Positions 48,485 to 61,387 of a DNA stretch of 64,000 nucleotides are shown here, piece after piece. Source of the DNA: Nitrosomonas sp. (GTDB lineage: Bacteria > Pseudomonadota > Gammaproteobacteria > Burkholderiales > Nitrosomonadaceae); assembly GCA_028577615.1 (NCBI GenBank), contig JAJSDU010000010.1:15541-79540 (forward strand). Reading direction: 5' to 3'. The number at the start of each line of letters is the position of its first letter. Position 1 is the stretch's first letter. The notes under the pieces are model-generated. The model was not told the DNA's origin, did no database searches, and saw only the letters and a list, made by a program, of their open reading frames with translations. Both the position numbers and the translations under genes were made by a program.

Positions 48485-49391
48485 GCGCCAAGCTCAAAAT
48501 TTTCAATACCAATTCATCAAATTCCATTCCGGCAGTTCTGGCAGCCATCGGAACCAGACTGTGATTTGTCATTCCCGGTGATGTATTGGCCTCCAGAAAA
48601 TAAAAACCACCCGTCCGGCTTACAATTAAATCAATTCTTCCCCACCCCTCGCACCCCAGTGTTTGATAGGCCAGCAGTGCCTGTTCCTGAACAGCGCGCT
48701 CCTGTTCTTCAGATAAACCACAAGGGCAGTAATAGCGTGTTTCATCCGAAAAATACTTGGCCTGATAATCGTAAAGATCGCCGGAAACCTCGATTCTCAC
48801 CAGCGGCAGCGGCTTGTCACCCAGTATCGCCGCGGTCAACTCAGTACCCTCGATAAATTCTTCAGCCAACACCAGATCATCATGGTTGGCCGCCTGCCGG
48901 TAGGCCTGCTCAATATCCTGCGTCTGATAAATTTTACTTAAGCCAATGGTCGACCCCTCACGCGCAGGCTTAATGATCAGCGGCAAGCCAAGCGTCTGTG
49001 CAACCTGGTCAAAATTACTTTGCGCGGTGAGCAGCACGCAGCGCGGCGAACTGACGCCAACCGCCTGCCACAATAATTTAGTTCGCCATTTATCCATGGC
49101 CAGCGCACTGGCCATGACGCCACTGCCGGTATAAGGTATTCCCATGAGCTCAAGTGCGCCCTGAACAGTACCGTCTTCTCCAAAACGGCCATGCAGCGCG
49201 ATATGCACGCAATCGAAGTGCTCATCCAGCAAGGCTGACAACGGCTTCTCTGCTGGATCGAACGGATGCGCATCAACGCCGCTGCGCCACAGCGCAGCCA
49301 GAACGGCCTGACCGCTCTGCAATGAAATTTCACGTTCCGCGGAACGCCCTCCCAGTAATACGGCCACTTTTCCAAAGCGATGCCCGTTCAT
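48474..49391 (-). CDS. ddl: D-alanine--D-alanine ligase
   Basis: The 305-aa ORF has [20 protein letters not shown] and an ATP-grasp core ([13 protein letters not shown]...EANTSPGMT). Confidence 0.95.
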   Translation of the reverse strand: MNGHRFGKVAVLLGGRSAEREISLQSGQAVLAALWRSGVDAHPFDPAEKPLSALLDEHFDCVHIALHGRFGEDGTVQGALELMGIPYTGSGVMASALAMDKWRTKLLWQAVGVSSPRCVLLTAQSNFDQVAQTLGLPLIIKPAREGSTIGLSKIYQTQDIEQAYRQAANHDDLVLAEEFIEGTELTAAILGDKPLPLVRIEVSGDLYDYQAKYFSDETRYYCPCGLSEEQERAVQEQALLAYQTLGCEGWGRIDLIVSRTGGFYFLEANTSPGMTNHSLVPMAARTAGMEFDELVLKILSLAHVG

Positions 49392-50398
49392 GACAATCTC
49401 CCGTTTTCTTTCGCTTCGCCTATAATATGGACTTCCTGCTTCAGATGAATGCCTGTTTCACGCGCCACGCTTTCTTGCACCATATTGATTAACGCTTCTA
49501 TATCCGACGCGCTTGCGCGACCGGTATTGATAATAAAATTGGCATGTTTCAGTGACACCATCGCACCGCCGACAGTCGCGCCTTTAAGGCCGCAGGACTC
49601 AATCAGCCGCGCCGCATAATCTCCCGGTGGATTTCTGAACACTGATCCGGCGTTTGGCTTGTTCAGCGGCTGGCTCGCCACGCGCAACGTCAGAAATCGC
49701 TTGATCGTCTGCCTTGAGATCATTTCATCACCATTTTCCAGACGAAAAAAACCGCCGGCAAACCACTCTTCCTTCACTCCGGCAGAAGATGCAGCAATAC
49801 GTCGCAAACTGCGATAGCCAACTTTATACGCAACAGGCTTGCGGAGCCTGATCACGCCATCATGGTCAATTACCTTTACCTGCTCCACAAAATCCCAGGT
49901 TTCTGAACCGTAACAACCGGCATTCATGGCCAATGCACCACCAACCGTACCTGGAATACCCGCTAAAAATTCGGCCCCGCCCAGTTGATGCAGCGCTGCA
50001 AAGCGCGCCACTTTAGCGCACGCCACACCTGCGCCGGCAAAAATCGTCCCGCCTGCCTGATCCCGGCGTATCAGTTCCAGTTCATTCAATCGTGCATGTA
50101 ATGCAATGACAGTACCGGATACGCCACCATCCCTGACCAGCAGATTACTTCCCAGCCCTATCATATAAACCGGTTCATCAGCAGGCAGGCGCTGCAAGAA
50201 ATTACTCAAATCTTCCAGATCAGCCGGCATGTAATAACGCTGCGCCATACCGCCCGTTCGCCACGAAGTATGCTTACCCATCGGTTCATTCAGTCGCATT
50301 TCACCGCGCAGCGCATCCATATTGGCTTTACCGGACAAATAATCCTTTAGATAATAGTCAGAATTCCCTGCATCTGATTTCAAGTCCACGCGCTCCAT
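49388..50398 (-). CDS. murB: UDP-N-acetylenolpyruvoylglucosamine reductase
   Basis: The 336-aa ORF has [24 protein letters not shown] and GSVFRNP. The true start could be the internal Met at 50320. Confidence 0.9.
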   Translation of the reverse strand: MERVDLKSDAGNSDYYLKDYLSGKANMDALRGEMRLNEPMGKHTSWRTGGMAQRYYMPADLEDLSNFLQRLPADEPVYMIGLGSNLLVRDGGVSGTVIALHARLNELELIRRDQAGGTIFAGAGVACAKVARFAALHQLGGAEFLAGIPGTVGGALAMNAGCYGSETWDFVEQVKVIDHDGVIRLRKPVAYKVGYRSLRRIAASSAGVKEEWFAGGFFRLENGDEMISRQTIKRFLTLRVASQPLNKPNAGSVFRNPPGDYAARLIESCGLKGATVGGAMVSLKHANFIINTGRASASDIEALINMVQESVARETGIHLKQEVHIIGEAKENGRLS

Positions 50399-50428
50399 AC
50401 TCTGCTCACAAATGGATTTTCAGATTGA

Positions 50429-51847
50429 TTATTCATTGATAATCTTTAATTTTTTCTGCTTTTGAAAAATTTCGGGCGCGACTCTGGCTATCGAGCCCGC
50501 TCCCATGACCAGCACCACATCGCCATCGTCGACCACATCCAGAATTGCAGCGATCAAATCGTCCACTGTTGGAGCATAAATCGGTTCTACTTTGCCTTGT
50601 ATGCGCACCGCCCTTGCCAGTGATTTGCTGTCGGCAGCCACAATCGGCTCTTCACCCGCCGGATAAACTTCGGTCAACAGCAGTACATCCGCCTGCGAAA
50701 GTACCTGGGCAAAGTCTTCAAACAAATCGCGGGTGCGCGTATAACGATGCGGCTGAAAAGCCAATACGATGCGCCGCTGCGGAAAAGCGCCGCGCGCAGC
50801 ATTCAGCGTCGCGGTCAGTTCAGCCGGATGATGGCCGTAATCATCAACCAGCGTAATACGACGCTGGTCGGCCACCTGAATCATGCCATAGTGTTGAAAG
50901 CGCCGTTCGACACCTTTGAATTCCGATAATGCTTTGATTATCGCTGCATCAGGCGCGCCTATCTCGTTGGCAACAGCAATTGCCGCCAACGCATTCTGTA
51001 CGTTGTGCATGCCGGGCAGATTCAGCACAACAGGGAACCTGCGGCTGGAGCCGTTGACACCGACGATTGCGGTAAAATGCATTTGCCCGTGACAATGCCT
51101 GATATCCACCGCCCGCACCTGCGCCTCTTCTGAAAGTCCATATGTTGTAATGGGTTTCGTTATTTCCGGCAACAGCGCGCATACATTGATGTCGTCAATA
51201 CAGAGCACCGCCATGCCATAAAAAGGCAAATGCTGCACAAATTCGACAAATGTCTGTTTCAACCGGTTAAAGTCATTACCATACGTTTGCATGTGATCCG
51301 CATCGACATTGGTCACCACGGTCAGAACCGGCTGCAGGTAAAGAAACGATGCATCCGATTCGTCCGCTTCAACGACAATGAATTCGCCGCCACCAAGCTT
51401 GGCATGACAGCCTGCCGCTTCCAGACGGCCGCCAATCACAAAAGTCGGATCCATATCCGCTTCAGCCAGTACGCTGGCAATCAGACTGGTCGTCGTTGTT
51501 TTGCCATGCGTACCGGCAATCGCGATTCCCCGGCGCAAGCGCAGCAATTCGGCCAGCATTAAAGCACGCGGCACGACAGGAATTTTTTTCTCGTGAGCAG
51601 CCGTTACCTCAGGGTTATCCGCTTTGACTGCCGTCGAAATCACCACCACATCGGCACCTGTAATCTGCTCGCTGGCATGGCCGGTATAAACCGTTATCCC
51701 CAGACTCCTCAGGCGCCGCGCTACTGCATTATCGGACAAATCCGAACCGGTAATTTTGTAGCGCAGATTAAACATTACCTCAGCAATACCACTCATCCCG
51801 GAACCGCAAATTCCGACAAAATGGATGTGCTTGACCTTATGTCTCAT
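50429..51847 (-). CDS. murC: UDP-N-acetylmuramate--L-alanine ligase
   Basis: The 472-aa ORF has [17 protein letters not shown] and [10 protein letters not shown]. Confidence 0.95.
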   Translation of the reverse strand: MRHKVKHIHFVGICGSGMSGIAEVMFNLRYKITGSDLSDNAVARRLRSLGITVYTGHASEQITGADVVVISTAVKADNPEVTAAHEKKIPVVPRALMLAELLRLRRGIAIAGTHGKTTTTSLIASVLAEADMDPTFVIGGRLEAAGCHAKLGGGEFIVVEADESDASFLYLQPVLTVVTNVDADHMQTYGNDFNRLKQTFVEFVQHLPFYGMAVLCIDDINVCALLPEITKPITTYGLSEEAQVRAVDIRHCHGQMHFTAIVGVNGSSRRFPVVLNLPGMHNVQNALAAIAVANEIGAPDAAIIKALSEFKGVERRFQHYGMIQVADQRRITLVDDYGHHPAELTATLNAARGAFPQRRIVLAFQPHRYTRTRDLFEDFAQVLSQADVLLLTEVYPAGEEPIVAADSKSLARAVRIQGKVEPIYAPTVDDLIAAILDVVDDGDVVLVMGAGSIARVAPEIFQKQKKLKIINE

Positions 51848-52938
51848 CGCTTCGCTCCTTCCGTATTACCCACCAACTGCTCGCATATTTGCGCAACTTT
51901 CCGCGCCGCGTCAGGCATCGCGATTTTGCGCGCCGCATTCGCCATCGCCAGTAGTTTCTCGCGCGTCAGATCTGTCAACAACGTTGCCAGACTACCGGGA
52001 TTCAGCTCGGCTTGCGGCAGCAGAATCGCTGCCTGACGATCACTTAAAAATCGTGCATTACCGGTTTGATGATCGTCCACAGCATAAGGATAGGGCACCA
52101 GTATGCTCGCCACACCGGCAACCGCAAGCTCCGATACCGTCAATGCCCCCGCACGGCACAACACCAGATCACATGCCGCATATTGACCGGCCATATCGTC
52201 AATAAACGCCATCAATTGCGCTTTCACACCTGACTCCTGGTAATTCCGGCGGATCACATCGAGATTCTTTTCGCCCCCCTGATGCACGACCACAGGCCTA
52301 TTCTCTTCCGGTATTCTTTGCAGCGCCTGTGGCACCACCGTATTTAAAATCTGCGCCCCCAGACTGCCTCCGACGACAAATAGTCGCAGCGGCCCGATTC
52401 GTCCTGCAAAACGTTTTTCCGGCGCTTCGAGCGCTGCTATTTCCTGCCGCACAGGATTTCCGGCAACAATCATCTTGCTTTCATCGACCTTGATCGCAGC
52501 AGGAAAGCCGAGGATCACTTTATCAGCCAGTCTTGCCAGAATTCTGTTTGTTAAACCCGGCACCGAGTTCTGTTCATGAATCACTAAAGGCTTATTCAGC
52601 ATGGCGGTCATCATTCCGCCAGGGAAAGCCGGATAACCGCCCATCCCCAGCACCACATCCGGCCGCACGCGACGCAAAACACCCAGACTTTGTTTAAACG
52701 CCACCAGCAACCGCAACGGCAAAGTCAGCCACGTCAACGCATGCTTGCCTCTCAGTCCCGAAAAGCTGATCGTCTCTATTGCATAGCCTTGCTGCGCTAC
52801 CAGCCTGTTTTCCATACCTGTCTGCGTACCCAGCCACACCACTTTCCAGCCGCGTGCTTTCAGTTGATCCGCAACCGCCAGTCCCGGAAAAACATGCCCG
52901 CCGGTTCCACCCGCCATGATCAGAATGGTGCGCGTCAT
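51844..52938 (-). CDS. murG: undecaprenyl-PP-MurNAc-pentapeptide GlcNAc transferase
   Basis: I place the start at ATG 52938 ([23 protein letters not shown]). The track's 46-codon extension overlaps ftsW and is rejected. Confidence 0.95.
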   Translation of the reverse strand: MTRTILIMAGGTGGHVFPGLAVADQLKARGWKVVWLGTQTGMENRLVAQQGYAIETISFSGLRGKHALTWLTLPLRLLVAFKQSLGVLRRVRPDVVLGMGGYPAFPGGMMTAMLNKPLVIHEQNSVPGLTNRILARLADKVILGFPAAIKVDESKMIVAGNPVRQEIAALEAPEKRFAGRIGPLRLFVVGGSLGAQILNTVVPQALQRIPEENRPVVVHQGGEKNLDVIRRNYQESGVKAQLMAFIDDMAGQYAACDLVLCRAGALTVSELAVAGVASILVPYPYAVDDHQTGNARFLSDRQAAILLPQAELNPGSLATLLTDLTREKLLAMANAARKIAMPDAARKVAQICEQLVGNTEGAKR

Positions 52939-52978
52939 AAGCGTTGTTCCTCTGCGGCGCTGGAGACGACGGGATTTT

Positions 52979-54139
52979 TCATGTGTTTTTACCTTGCAAT
53001 CGCTGTCTGTTTTCCCAATCAATGCGCAGCAAAACCGCCAGCGCACAACAGATCGCAGTAATGCTGCTACCGCCAAAACTCATCAACGGCAGCGTCAATC
53101 CTTTCGTGGGCAGCACGCCCATATTGACGCCGATATTAATGAGCGCCTGCATGCCGATCCAGAGACCGATACCCTGAGCCACCAGCGCCGCGAAATAACA
53201 TTCCAGTTTCGCCGCCTGACGCCCGATCGCCAAAGCACGAACGACAAGGGTCGCAAATAACAGAATGACGGCTGTAACACCGACAAATCCGAGCTCCTCG
53301 GCAAGCACAGCCAACAGGAAATCGGTATGTGCTTCGGGTAGGTAAAATAACTTCTCGACACTTCCTCCCAGCCCAACACCCAGCCATTCTCCGCGACCAA
53401 ATGCGATCAGCGCGTGACTGAGCTGATAACCTTTGCCAAGCGGATCAGCCCAGGGATCCATAAAGCCGACAATTCGATCCAAGCGATAGCCCGAAAACTT
53501 GATCAGTGTGTAGCCCCCCGCAACCATCAAACCCAGAAGCACTGAAAATATTTTTATGCTGACGCCACCCAGAAACAGAATGGCTATGACCAATGCGGTA
53601 ATGACAGCTGCCGCGCCAAAATCCGGTTGCCGCAGCAATAAAAACCCGACAATACCGATGATAATTAAAATCGGTAAAAAGCCTTTAAAAAAACCATTCA
53701 GATCAGCCGCTTTGCGTACTACATAATCAGCAGTATAGATAATCATAAAAAACTTCATGAATTCCGATGGCTGTAGATTAACAAAGTAAAGTGATATCCA
53801 GCGTTGGCTGCCGTTTATTTCACGGCCGATTCCGGGAATAAGTACCAGCATGAGCATGATTATGCCCAGCAAGAATAAATAAAACGCCGATTTCTGCCAG
53901 ATATACAGCGGCACCCGAAAAACAAACAATCCAATCATGCCGCCTATAGCCAGATAAACCAAATGACGCGCCAGGTAGTGATAGGACCGGTCCGCGCCAA
54001 ACTGCGCCTCGGCTATCGCAATAGACGCCGAGTAAACCATCACCAGCCCCAGACTCAGCAACAACAGCGCGGACCATATCAGCAACTGATCGAAATCCGG
54101 CATTCTGGCGATTTTTACATTGTCTGTCGGATTGATCAT
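52979..54139 (-). CDS. ftsW: peptidoglycan glycosyltransferase FtsW (SEDS family)
   Basis: The 386-aa polytopic membrane protein has QPSEFMKF and PEAHTDFL. It sits between murD and murG. Confidence 0.95.
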   Translation of the reverse strand: MINPTDNVKIARMPDFDQLLIWSALLLLSLGLVMVYSASIAIAEAQFGADRSYHYLARHLVYLAIGGMIGLFVFRVPLYIWQKSAFYLFLLGIIMLMLVLIPGIGREINGSQRWISLYFVNLQPSEFMKFFMIIYTADYVVRKAADLNGFFKGFLPILIIIGIVGFLLLRQPDFGAAAVITALVIAILFLGGVSIKIFSVLLGLMVAGGYTLIKFSGYRLDRIVGFMDPWADPLGKGYQLSHALIAFGRGEWLGVGLGGSVEKLFYLPEAHTDFLLAVLAEELGFVGVTAVILLFATLVVRALAIGRQAAKLECYFAALVAQGIGLWIGMQALINIGVNMGVLPTKGLTLPLMSFGGSSITAICCALAVLLRIDWENRQRLQGKNT

Positions 54140-54142
54140 CAG

Positions 54143-55558
54143 CTAGTGCCTTTTCTCGCCAAGCGTTAAACATTTCAACTCTATATCCCTGACCGCCGCC
54201 ACAAAGACTTCCGCGCGATGCACATAATTTCTGAACATATCAAAACTTGCACAGGCAGGCGATAGCAGCACCACATCACCGGAATGCGCCAACAGAAAAC
54301 TTTTCTGCAACGCATCTTCCATCGTTTGCGCAAACTGAACCGGCACACCGCAATCACTCAATGCAGCGGCAATTTTTCCCGCATCGCGGCCTATCAACAC
54401 GACCGCACGCGCTCCCTCCGCAACTGCCTGCCGTAATAATGTGAAATCCTGCCCCTTGCCGTCGCCCCCGGCAATGAGTACAACATTGCCCTGCAATCCA
54501 TTCAACGCAGCAACCGTTGACCCGACATTGGTACTTTTGGAATCATCAATAAAAGTCACCTCACAAAATGCGGCAACTACCTCCATCCGGTGCGGCAATC
54601 CTTTAAATTCGCGTAATGCTGACAACAAAGGCTCTACCGGCATTTCCACTGCCCGGCAAATCGCCAGCGCGGCCAATGCATTGGCTGTATTGTGCAAGCC
54701 ATTTAATTTCAAGTCTGACGTCTTCATCAGCAGTTTTCCACCTTCCATCAGCCAGACGGTGCGATCCCGGTGAGCAATACCGAAATTCGTTTCGGCGTCA
54801 GGCTCGCTCAAACCGAATGTCACTTGCTTTCTGTCCGTTTGCCGCATGGCTAATGAGAGCACATCGTCCCGGTTCAATATCTGCATGCCCCTGGCCGGTT
54901 TTTCATGATTGAAAATTCTGGCCTTGGCCTGGATGTATTCCTGCATGTCGCGGTAGCGATCCATATGATCTTCACTTAAGTTCAAAACCGCCGCCACGTC
55001 AGCATTCAGCCATTCAGTCAATTCCAGTTGAAAACTGGATACTTCCAGTACCCACATTTGCGGCATTTTTCCGCTATCCAGACGCTGCATGAAAACATCA
55101 AGCACCGCTGGACCGATATTTCCGGCTACCGCGACATCTAGTCCCGCTTTCTTCAGCATTGCGCCAACCATCGCGGTAACCGTTGTTTTTCCATTCGTAC
55201 CGGTAATGGCCAGCACTTTCGCGTTCGCAGTATTATTCTGTTCAAGCGCCCATCTGAACAACGCAATATCGCCAACCACTGGAATCCCGTTGCTGATGGC
55301 CTGTTGCACGTGCGGATCGGACAGTGGCACCCCAGGACTCATTGCTATGATTTCAATCGCTTCAAAAATCCTGCTTTCAAATGGACCGGTAAAAATTTCT
55401 CCGGCTGGAATCATCGTCATTACGGCGTCAAGATGCGGTGGCGCCGCCCGGCTGTCAGCTACCCGTATGATGGCTTCCTGACGGCTCAGCCATTTCACGA
55501 TCGATATGCCTGTTTCACCCATACCCAGCACCAGCACGTGTCTTCCTTTCAGATTCAT
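54143..55558 (-). CDS. murD: UDP-N-acetylmuramoylalanine--D-glutamate ligase
   Basis: I place the start at ATG 55558 ([19 protein letters not shown]), which forms an ATGA overlap with the mraY stop. It also has GTNGKTTVT. Confidence 0.95.
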   Translation of the reverse strand: MNLKGRHVLVLGMGETGISIVKWLSRQEAIIRVADSRAAPPHLDAVMTMIPAGEIFTGPFESRIFEAIEIIAMSPGVPLSDPHVQQAISNGIPVVGDIALFRWALEQNNTANAKVLAITGTNGKTTVTAMVGAMLKKAGLDVAVAGNIGPAVLDVFMQRLDSGKMPQMWVLEVSSFQLELTEWLNADVAAVLNLSEDHMDRYRDMQEYIQAKARIFNHEKPARGMQILNRDDVLSLAMRQTDRKQVTFGLSEPDAETNFGIAHRDRTVWLMEGGKLLMKTSDLKLNGLHNTANALAALAICRAVEMPVEPLLSALREFKGLPHRMEVVAAFCEVTFIDDSKSTNVGSTVAALNGLQGNVVLIAGGDGKGQDFTLLRQAVAEGARAVVLIGRDAGKIAAALSDCGVPVQFAQTMEDALQKSFLLAHSGDVVLLSPACASFDMFRNYVHRAEVFVAAVRDIELKCLTLGEKRH

Positions 55559-56640
55559 CTTAACTTCAACGTCGACAGGCCTATCAAAACCAGGATTATC
55601 GTGATAATCCAGAACCGTACGACCACCTGATTCTCCTTCCATCCTTTTAACTCAAAATGATGATGCAATGGTGCCATCCTGAATACGCGGCGTCCGGTCA
55701 ATTTGTACGACGCGACTTGCAACATAACCGAAAGCGCCTCTATTACAAAAACCCCGCCCATGATCACCAGCACAATTTCCTGCCGCACAACCACCGTAAT
55801 CACACCAAGCGCGGCGCCCAGAGACAATGCGCCAACATCGCCCATGAATACTTCAGCCGGATAAGTGTTAAACCAAAGAAAAGCCAGGCCTGCTCCCGCC
55901 AATGCACCGCAAAAGACAGACAATTCGCCAGCGTTCGGAATATAGGGTATGCCGAGGTAATTTGCAAAAACCACATGACCGGCCGCATAGGCAAAAATTG
56001 CCAGCGCACCACCAACCATGACGGTTGGCATAATCGCAAGGCCATCCAGCCCATCAGTCAGGTTGACCGCATTGCTGGTGCCCACGATTACCAGATAGGT
56101 CAATATAACAAATCCGGTAATTCCCAGCGGCACTGCTATTTCTTTGAAAAAAGGCACGATCAGATCAGTCTGCGCCGGCAACTCGGCTGTCAGCGCCAGA
56201 TAAAACGCCACCACCAGCGCTATGATGGATTGCCAGAAAAACTTGCTTCTTGCGGACAAACCTTTTGGATTACGGTATACGACCTTCCGGTAATCATCGA
56301 TCCAGCCAATCAGTCCGAAACCCAAAGTCGTCAATAGCACTACCCATATATAGCGATTGCTCAGATCAGCCCACAACAGCGTTGTTAGCACAATTGCCAC
56401 AAGAATTAATGCACCGCCCATGGTCGGCGTACCCGCTTTAGCGAGATGCGTCTGCGGACCGTCATCACGCACCGCTTGTCCGATTTTGTAATACGTCAGT
56501 TTACGAATCATCAGCGGCCCGATCAGAAACGAGATGGCCAACGCCGTCAAAGCCGCCAGCATGGCGCGCAATGTTATGTAACTGAACACATTAAATGCGC
56601 GTATCTCCTGCGCCAGCCATTGTGATAGCTCTAATAACAT
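55555..56640 (-). CDS. mraY: phospho-N-acetylmuramoyl-pentapeptide transferase
   Basis: The 361-aa ORF has [13 protein letters not shown] and [10 protein letters not shown]. Confidence 0.97.
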   Translation of the reverse strand: MLLELSQWLAQEIRAFNVFSYITLRAMLAALTALAISFLIGPLMIRKLTYYKIGQAVRDDGPQTHLAKAGTPTMGGALILVAIVLTTLLWADLSNRYIWVVLLTTLGFGLIGWIDDYRKVVYRNPKGLSARSKFFWQSIIALVVAFYLALTAELPAQTDLIVPFFKEIAVPLGITGFVILTYLVIVGTSNAVNLTDGLDGLAIMPTVMVGGALAIFAYAAGHVVFANYLGIPYIPNAGELSVFCGALAGAGLAFLWFNTYPAEVFMGDVGALSLGAALGVITVVVRQEIVLVIMGGVFVIEALSVMLQVASYKLTGRRVFRMAPLHHHFELKGWKENQVVVRFWIITIILVLIGLSTLKLR

Positions 56641-56715
56641 TACGTCTCTCTTAACCGTATCAGGTCAATGGTCGCTTTCCGCATTTTATTTTCGCCCTCT
56701 GCAATTAATCACAAA

Positions 56716-58098
56716 TCACCCTTCCAGTCGACTAACGATGCGTTCCATATGCATAAAACGCGATCCTTTGACCAGTATGGTCACGTCAGCGTCCAGCCGG
56801 TTTTCCAGGCTGTCAAGCAGTGTTTCCATATCATCGAAATGCCGCGCCCCCTGACCATAAGCATCGCTTGCGCATCGACTCAACTCGCCTAAAGTCAATA
56901 ATCCATCCAGCTTAAGTAATCGCGCTGCTTCACCGATTGTTCTGTGCAAATCGCAGGCGGTTTTACCCAGCTCTCCCATGTCGCCAAGTACCAGAATTCT
57001 TTTACCCGCCGCTGCCGCCAGAACTGCCAATGCCGCTTTCACTGATTCGGGATTTGCGTTATAGCTGTCATCAATCAGAACCGACCGGTTTCTGCCTTGT
57101 TTAATTTGCAACCGGCCTTGCACGCCTTTAAAGCGCTCCAGTCCAGCCGCTATCGTGCTGCCACTCACACCAAGCGCCACAGCGGCAGCGGCGGCCGCCA
57201 GACCATTCCGGACATTATGGATGCCAGGCACTTTTAAGGTGACATGCTGAATACCATCCGGCAGTTTTAACTGAATTGTGCTGCCGTACGCTTCGCTCTT
57301 AAATTCGGCGGAAACCTGAGCTTTTGCACTAATGCCAAAATCGATGATTCTCCTTTTTCCAATCAGCGTCCGCCATAGCGGCGCATACTCATCATCCGCA
57401 TTGATTACGGCCGCCCCCTGCTGACTCAATCCGGCAAAAATCTCGCCCTTTGCCCGCGCGACAGCCTCGACTGACCCCAGTCCTTCTATATGTGCAGCAC
57501 CGGCGTTGGTTATCACGGCCACATCAGGTTGCGCCAAACGCGTCAGGTAAGCAATTTCTCCCGCATGATTCATCCCCATCTCAATCACCGCATACTGGTG
57601 CACTTCGCGCAGACGGAGCAGCATCAATGGCACACCGATCTCGTTATTGAGATTACCCGCCGTTGCCAGCACCCGCGATGGTCGGTCAACTGGCGTCACC
57701 GCATCCTCTTCAACAGCCCGGCATAAAATAGCTGCGAGCATCTCTTTCACGGTTGTTTTACCGTTACTGCCAGTTACCGCAGCAAGCGGCATGGAAAACC
57801 GCTGCCGCCAGTGCGCCGCCAGTCGCCCCAGACTTGATCGGGTATTTACAACGCAAACCAGAGGGAAATCTGTCGATAAGGCCGCACCATCCATTTCATG
57901 TTCCACCATGGCCGCCACAGCGCCCTGTTCCCGCGCAGCACGTACAAAACGATGACCATCATATTTTTCTCCGGTCAATGCGACGAACAGTTCACCCGGG
58001 CGCACAGTACGACTATCCGTGCTCACCCCGGTAAATAACACATTATCACCCTGCCAGCGAGCACTCAGCACTTCAGCTGCTTCTTGTAGCCGCATCAC
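56716..58098 (-). CDS. murF: UDP-MurNAc-tripeptide--D-alanyl-D-alanine ligase
   Basis: The 460-aa ORF has VTGSNGKTTVKEM and the Mur ligase C-domain. Confidence 0.95.
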   Translation of the reverse strand: MMRLQEAAEVLSARWQGDNVLFTGVSTDSRTVRPGELFVALTGEKYDGHRFVRAAREQGAVAAMVEHEMDGAALSTDFPLVCVVNTRSSLGRLAAHWRQRFSMPLAAVTGSNGKTTVKEMLAAILCRAVEEDAVTPVDRPSRVLATAGNLNNEIGVPLMLLRLREVHQYAVIEMGMNHAGEIAYLTRLAQPDVAVITNAGAAHIEGLGSVEAVARAKGEIFAGLSQQGAAVINADDEYAPLWRTLIGKRRIIDFGISAKAQVSAEFKSEAYGSTIQLKLPDGIQHVTLKVPGIHNVRNGLAAAAAAVALGVSGSTIAAGLERFKGVQGRLQIKQGRNRSVLIDDSYNANPESVKAALAVLAAAAGKRILVLGDMGELGKTACDLHRTIGEAARLLKLDGLLTLGELSRCASDAYGQGARHFDDMETLLDSLENRLDADVTILVKGSRFMHMERIVSRLEG

Positions 58099-59648
58099 GC
58101 CGGCTCTCCTCGTTTATCCGACAAATCATTCAGCACCTGCTGAACGGTCAACGCATCGCTGAATGGAATTCTCTCTCCGTTAATCTCCTGATACGTTTCA
58201 TGTCCTTTACCGGCAATCAATACAATATCGCCTGCTGATGCGCTGCTGATTGCCTGATAAATAGCCAGCTCCCGATTAATTTCGATCTGCAGGTTTTCGT
58301 TATTCCGCGCTCCAATCATGTCCTGGATAATCTTATGCGGATCTTCGCTGCGCGGATTGTCGCTGGTAAAAATCACTTCATCCGCGAAACGCGTCGCCAC
58401 TTCCCCGATCAACTCGCGCTTGCCGCGATCACGCTCGCCACCGCACCCAACCACACAAAACAAACGCCCGGTTTTCCGGGCATGCTTTTGATCAGCTGTT
58501 ACATGGAGCATGTCGAGCAAGGTGGACAACACTTTCTCCAGCGCATCCGGCGTATGCGCATAATCGACAATCACGGTGGGATGCTCTCCCCCGCCAAATT
58601 TTTCCATGCGCCCCGGAATCGGCTTAACATGGCGCAATGCATTCATCGCATCGGAAAATGATATGCCGCAGGCAAGCAATGCCGCCGTCACTGTCAGCAG
58701 GTTTACGGCGTTAAATTTACCGACCAGATCGACATTTAATACAAGCCGCTCCTCCTGATATTCGATTTCAAGCGACATTCCATACAAATCCGCCCTGAGA
58801 TTACAGCCATATACAATACTGCACCGCCCGGCGCAGCCTTTCACCGCATCCCTTCTAAAGCTGTAACCGATAATCTGCACAGATTTTCGAGCAAGCTGCT
58901 GAAACAATTCAACGCCCAGCACATCATCCAGATTGAGCACTGCACACTTCAGCCCAGGCCAGAAAAACAGCTTGGCTTTCGACTCGGCATAAGCATCCAT
59001 GCTCTTGTGATAATCCAGATGATCGCGCGACAGATTCGTTAACACCGCAACCGAAAGCATCGTCCCATTCAACCGCCCCTGCTCGATACCGTGAGAAGAC
59101 ACTTCCATTGCCACATGCGTCGCGCCATTTCGCAAAAACCTCGCCAGATTCTTTTGCAGTATCACAGGATCCGGCGTCGTATTGACCGCAGCTTCCAGTT
59201 CACCGGCAAAACCGCTCCCCAATGTCCCCATTATTGCCGTTTTCCTGTGCAGCATATTCATCGCCTGCGAAAACCAGTGACTGCATGATGTTTTGCCATT
59301 GGTACCGGTAAATCCGGCAACGCACAGTCTTCCGGATGGATGGCCATAAACACAATCGGCAATATATCCGGCTTTTCCGCGCAACCCGGAAATACCCAGC
59401 GACGGCACTTGCCATGACGGATTCCATGAAAAATTATTCGATTCCCATATCACCGCGTTCGCGCCAGCCAGAATAGCCTGCGGTATCAGTTTGCGCGCAT
59501 CTGTTCTCGAGCCTGAAATTGCCAGGAACGTGTCTCCGGGCAGTACCTGACGGCTGTCCGTAACAAGCCGTTCAATCGACACGCCAAGCTTGTCGAGTTG
59601 ATGACAATCAAACACTTTGTCTGATCTTTCAGCCACAAGTAGATTCAT
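58095..59648 (-). CDS. murE: UDP-MurNAc-L-Ala-D-Glu--2,6-diaminopimelate ligase
   Basis: The 517-aa ORF has FTGTNGKTS, EVSSHG, and DNPRSEDP near the C-terminus. Confidence 0.95.
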   Translation of the reverse strand: MNLLVAERSDKVFDCHQLDKLGVSIERLVTDSRQVLPGDTFLAISGSRTDARKLIPQAILAGANAVIWESNNFSWNPSWQVPSLGISGLRGKAGYIADCVYGHPSGRLCVAGFTGTNGKTSCSHWFSQAMNMLHRKTAIMGTLGSGFAGELEAAVNTTPDPVILQKNLARFLRNGATHVAMEVSSHGIEQGRLNGTMLSVAVLTNLSRDHLDYHKSMDAYAESKAKLFFWPGLKCAVLNLDDVLGVELFQQLARKSVQIIGYSFRRDAVKGCAGRCSIVYGCNLRADLYGMSLEIEYQEERLVLNVDLVGKFNAVNLLTVTAALLACGISFSDAMNALRHVKPIPGRMEKFGGGEHPTVIVDYAHTPDALEKVLSTLLDMLHVTADQKHARKTGRLFCVVGCGGERDRGKRELIGEVATRFADEVIFTSDNPRSEDPHKIIQDMIGARNNENLQIEINRELAIYQAISSASAGDIVLIAGKGHETYQEINGERIPFSDALTVQQVLNDLSDKRGEPA

Positions 59649-61387
59649 CCGTCACCGCCAGCAGAAAAATGCGCCGGCGCAGCGGCCACTTCGCCAGAAA
59701 ATGCATCATGCGGCACATTCAGCAATCGCAACGCTGTCGTCATCACCTGACTGAACACCGGAGCGGCAACCGCACCGCCAAAATATTTTCCGGCAGAAGG
59801 CTCATCCAGCATCACCGCAACAATCAGACGCGGGTTCGATACCGGCGCAAAACCGACAAATGAAGAAACATATCGATTCTTGGCATATTTTCCGTCAATC
59901 AGCTTATGTGCCGTTCCCGTCTTGCCAGCTACGCGATACCCATCCACCCGGGCAAGCGGTGCTGTACCACCTGGCTGCGTTGCCATCTCCAGCATCTGAC
60001 TGACCGCAAGCGCCGTTTTTCTGGAAATGACGCGTTGACCCATCACTGGAAAACCCTGCTTCAATACCGAGACAGGCTTTAATTCACCGCCCGTAGTAAA
60101 AATCGTATAGGCGCGCGCCACCTGCAGCAGACTCACCGATAATCCGTGGCCGAATGACATGGTTGCCTGTTCAATCGGACGCCATTTATTGTAAGGCCGC
60201 AATACGCCGCTGGCTTCTCCGGGAAAACCGGTGCTGATCAGTTGACCAAACCCCGCATTGTTATACATTTCCCATAATGTCTGCGCAGGCATCGACAACG
60301 CTATTTTAACCGTACCAACGTTACTGGACACCTGCAAGACCTCGGCTACAGTCAGCAACCCTTTATTGCTGACATCGCGAATGGTCGAACGACCAACCCT
60401 GAACGTACCCGGCGCAGTCTGCACAACCGTTTCAGGATTAACCAGCCCGGTCTCTATCGCCACAGCAATCGGAAACGGCTTAAGCGTGGATCCGGGTTCA
60501 TAGGTATCCACCACCGCGCGATTCACCAGGACACGATTGTCAATCATTTCCCGGGTTATGGCCGAATTCGGGTTATAAACGGGAAAATTGGACAGCGCCA
60601 GCACTTCTCCACTTTGCGCATCGAGTACGACAATGCTGCCGGCAGCCGCCTGATGCTTGATCGCTGCACGCTTCAGCTCCTGGTGCGCGATGTGCTGAAT
60701 TCTTCTATCCAGGGAGAGCACGAGATCCTGGCCTTGCCTGGGCGCGCGAATTTTTTCCACATCCTCGATAATCCGGCCTTTATTATCCTTAATCACGCGC
60801 CGCCTGCCTATTTCTCCAGTCAGTACCGCATTCCATCCATGCTCGACACCTTCCTGCCCGCGATCCTCAATATCGGTAAAACCGACGATATGCGCCGCCA
60901 CCTCCCCTTCAGGATAGTAGCGCTTGAACTCTGTTTCAAATGCGATACCTTTAATTTTGAGATCTGCAATACGCTCAGCAATCTCGGGGACAATCCAGCG
61001 CTTAAGGTACACAAAACGTCCTTTTTTACGGTAAATACGGCGCTCTATCTCGGATTTTTCCATGTGCAACAAACGCGCCAGCTGCTCCAGCTGATCCGGT
61101 GTTATTTCAATCAATTTAGGATCCGCATAAACCGAAGCAACGGGAGCGCTGATCGCCAGTATTTCACCATTGCGGTCTTTAATCATGCCACGGTCGGCGC
61201 TCATTTCGACTACTTTGCTATACCGCGCGGCACCTTCTTTCTGCAGAAAGTCATTGTTCACGCCTTGCAGAAAAGCCGCTCTTGCAATCAAACCGGCCAA
61301 TCCCAGAATCAAAAAACCGAACAGCATCATCGCGCGCCAGGGCTTCAATCTCAATTGCGGCGTCAGCTGGTCGATTTTATTCAGCAT
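59645..61387 (-). CDS. ftsI: division-specific transpeptidase FtsI (PBP3)
   Basis: The 580-aa ORF has an N-terminal TM segment, the PBP dimerisation domain, and STLKP, SSN and KTGT motifs. Confidence 0.95.
   Translation of the reverse strand: MLNKIDQLTPQLRLKPWRAMMLFGFLILGLAGLIARAAFLQGVNNDFLQKEGAARYSKVVEMSADRGMIKDRNGEILAISAPVASVYADPKLIEITPDQLEQLARLLHMEKSEIERRIYRKKGRFVYLKRWIVPEIAERIADLKIKGIAFETEFKRYYPEGEVAAHIVGFTDIEDRGQEGVEHGWNAVLTGEIGRRRVIKDNKGRIIEDVEKIRAPRQGQDLVLSLDRRIQHIAHQELKRAAIKHQAAAGSIVVLDAQSGEVLALSNFPVYNPNSAITREMIDNRVLVNRAVVDTYEPGSTLKPFPIAVAIETGLVNPETVVQTAPGTFRVGRSTIRDVSNKGLLTVAEVLQVSSNVGTVKIALSMPAQTLWEMYNNAGFGQLISTGFPGEASGVLRPYNKWRPIEQATMSFGHGLSVSLLQVARAYTIFTTGGELKPVSVLKQGFPVMGQRVISRKTALAVSQMLEMATQPGGTAPLARVDGYRVAGKTGTAHKLIDGKYAKNRYVSSFVGFAPVSNPRLIVAVMLDEPSAGKYFGGAVAAPVFSQVMTTALRLLNVPHDAFSGEVAAAPAHFSAGGDG

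Noticed and set aside
55657-56337. 226-aa ORF antisense to mraY. A similar 273-aa ORF at 60614-61435 is antisense to ftsI, and 121-178-aa ORFs are antisense to ftsZ
   Set aside because: These are shadow ORFs opposite highly conserved dcw genes, with no RBS or motif support.
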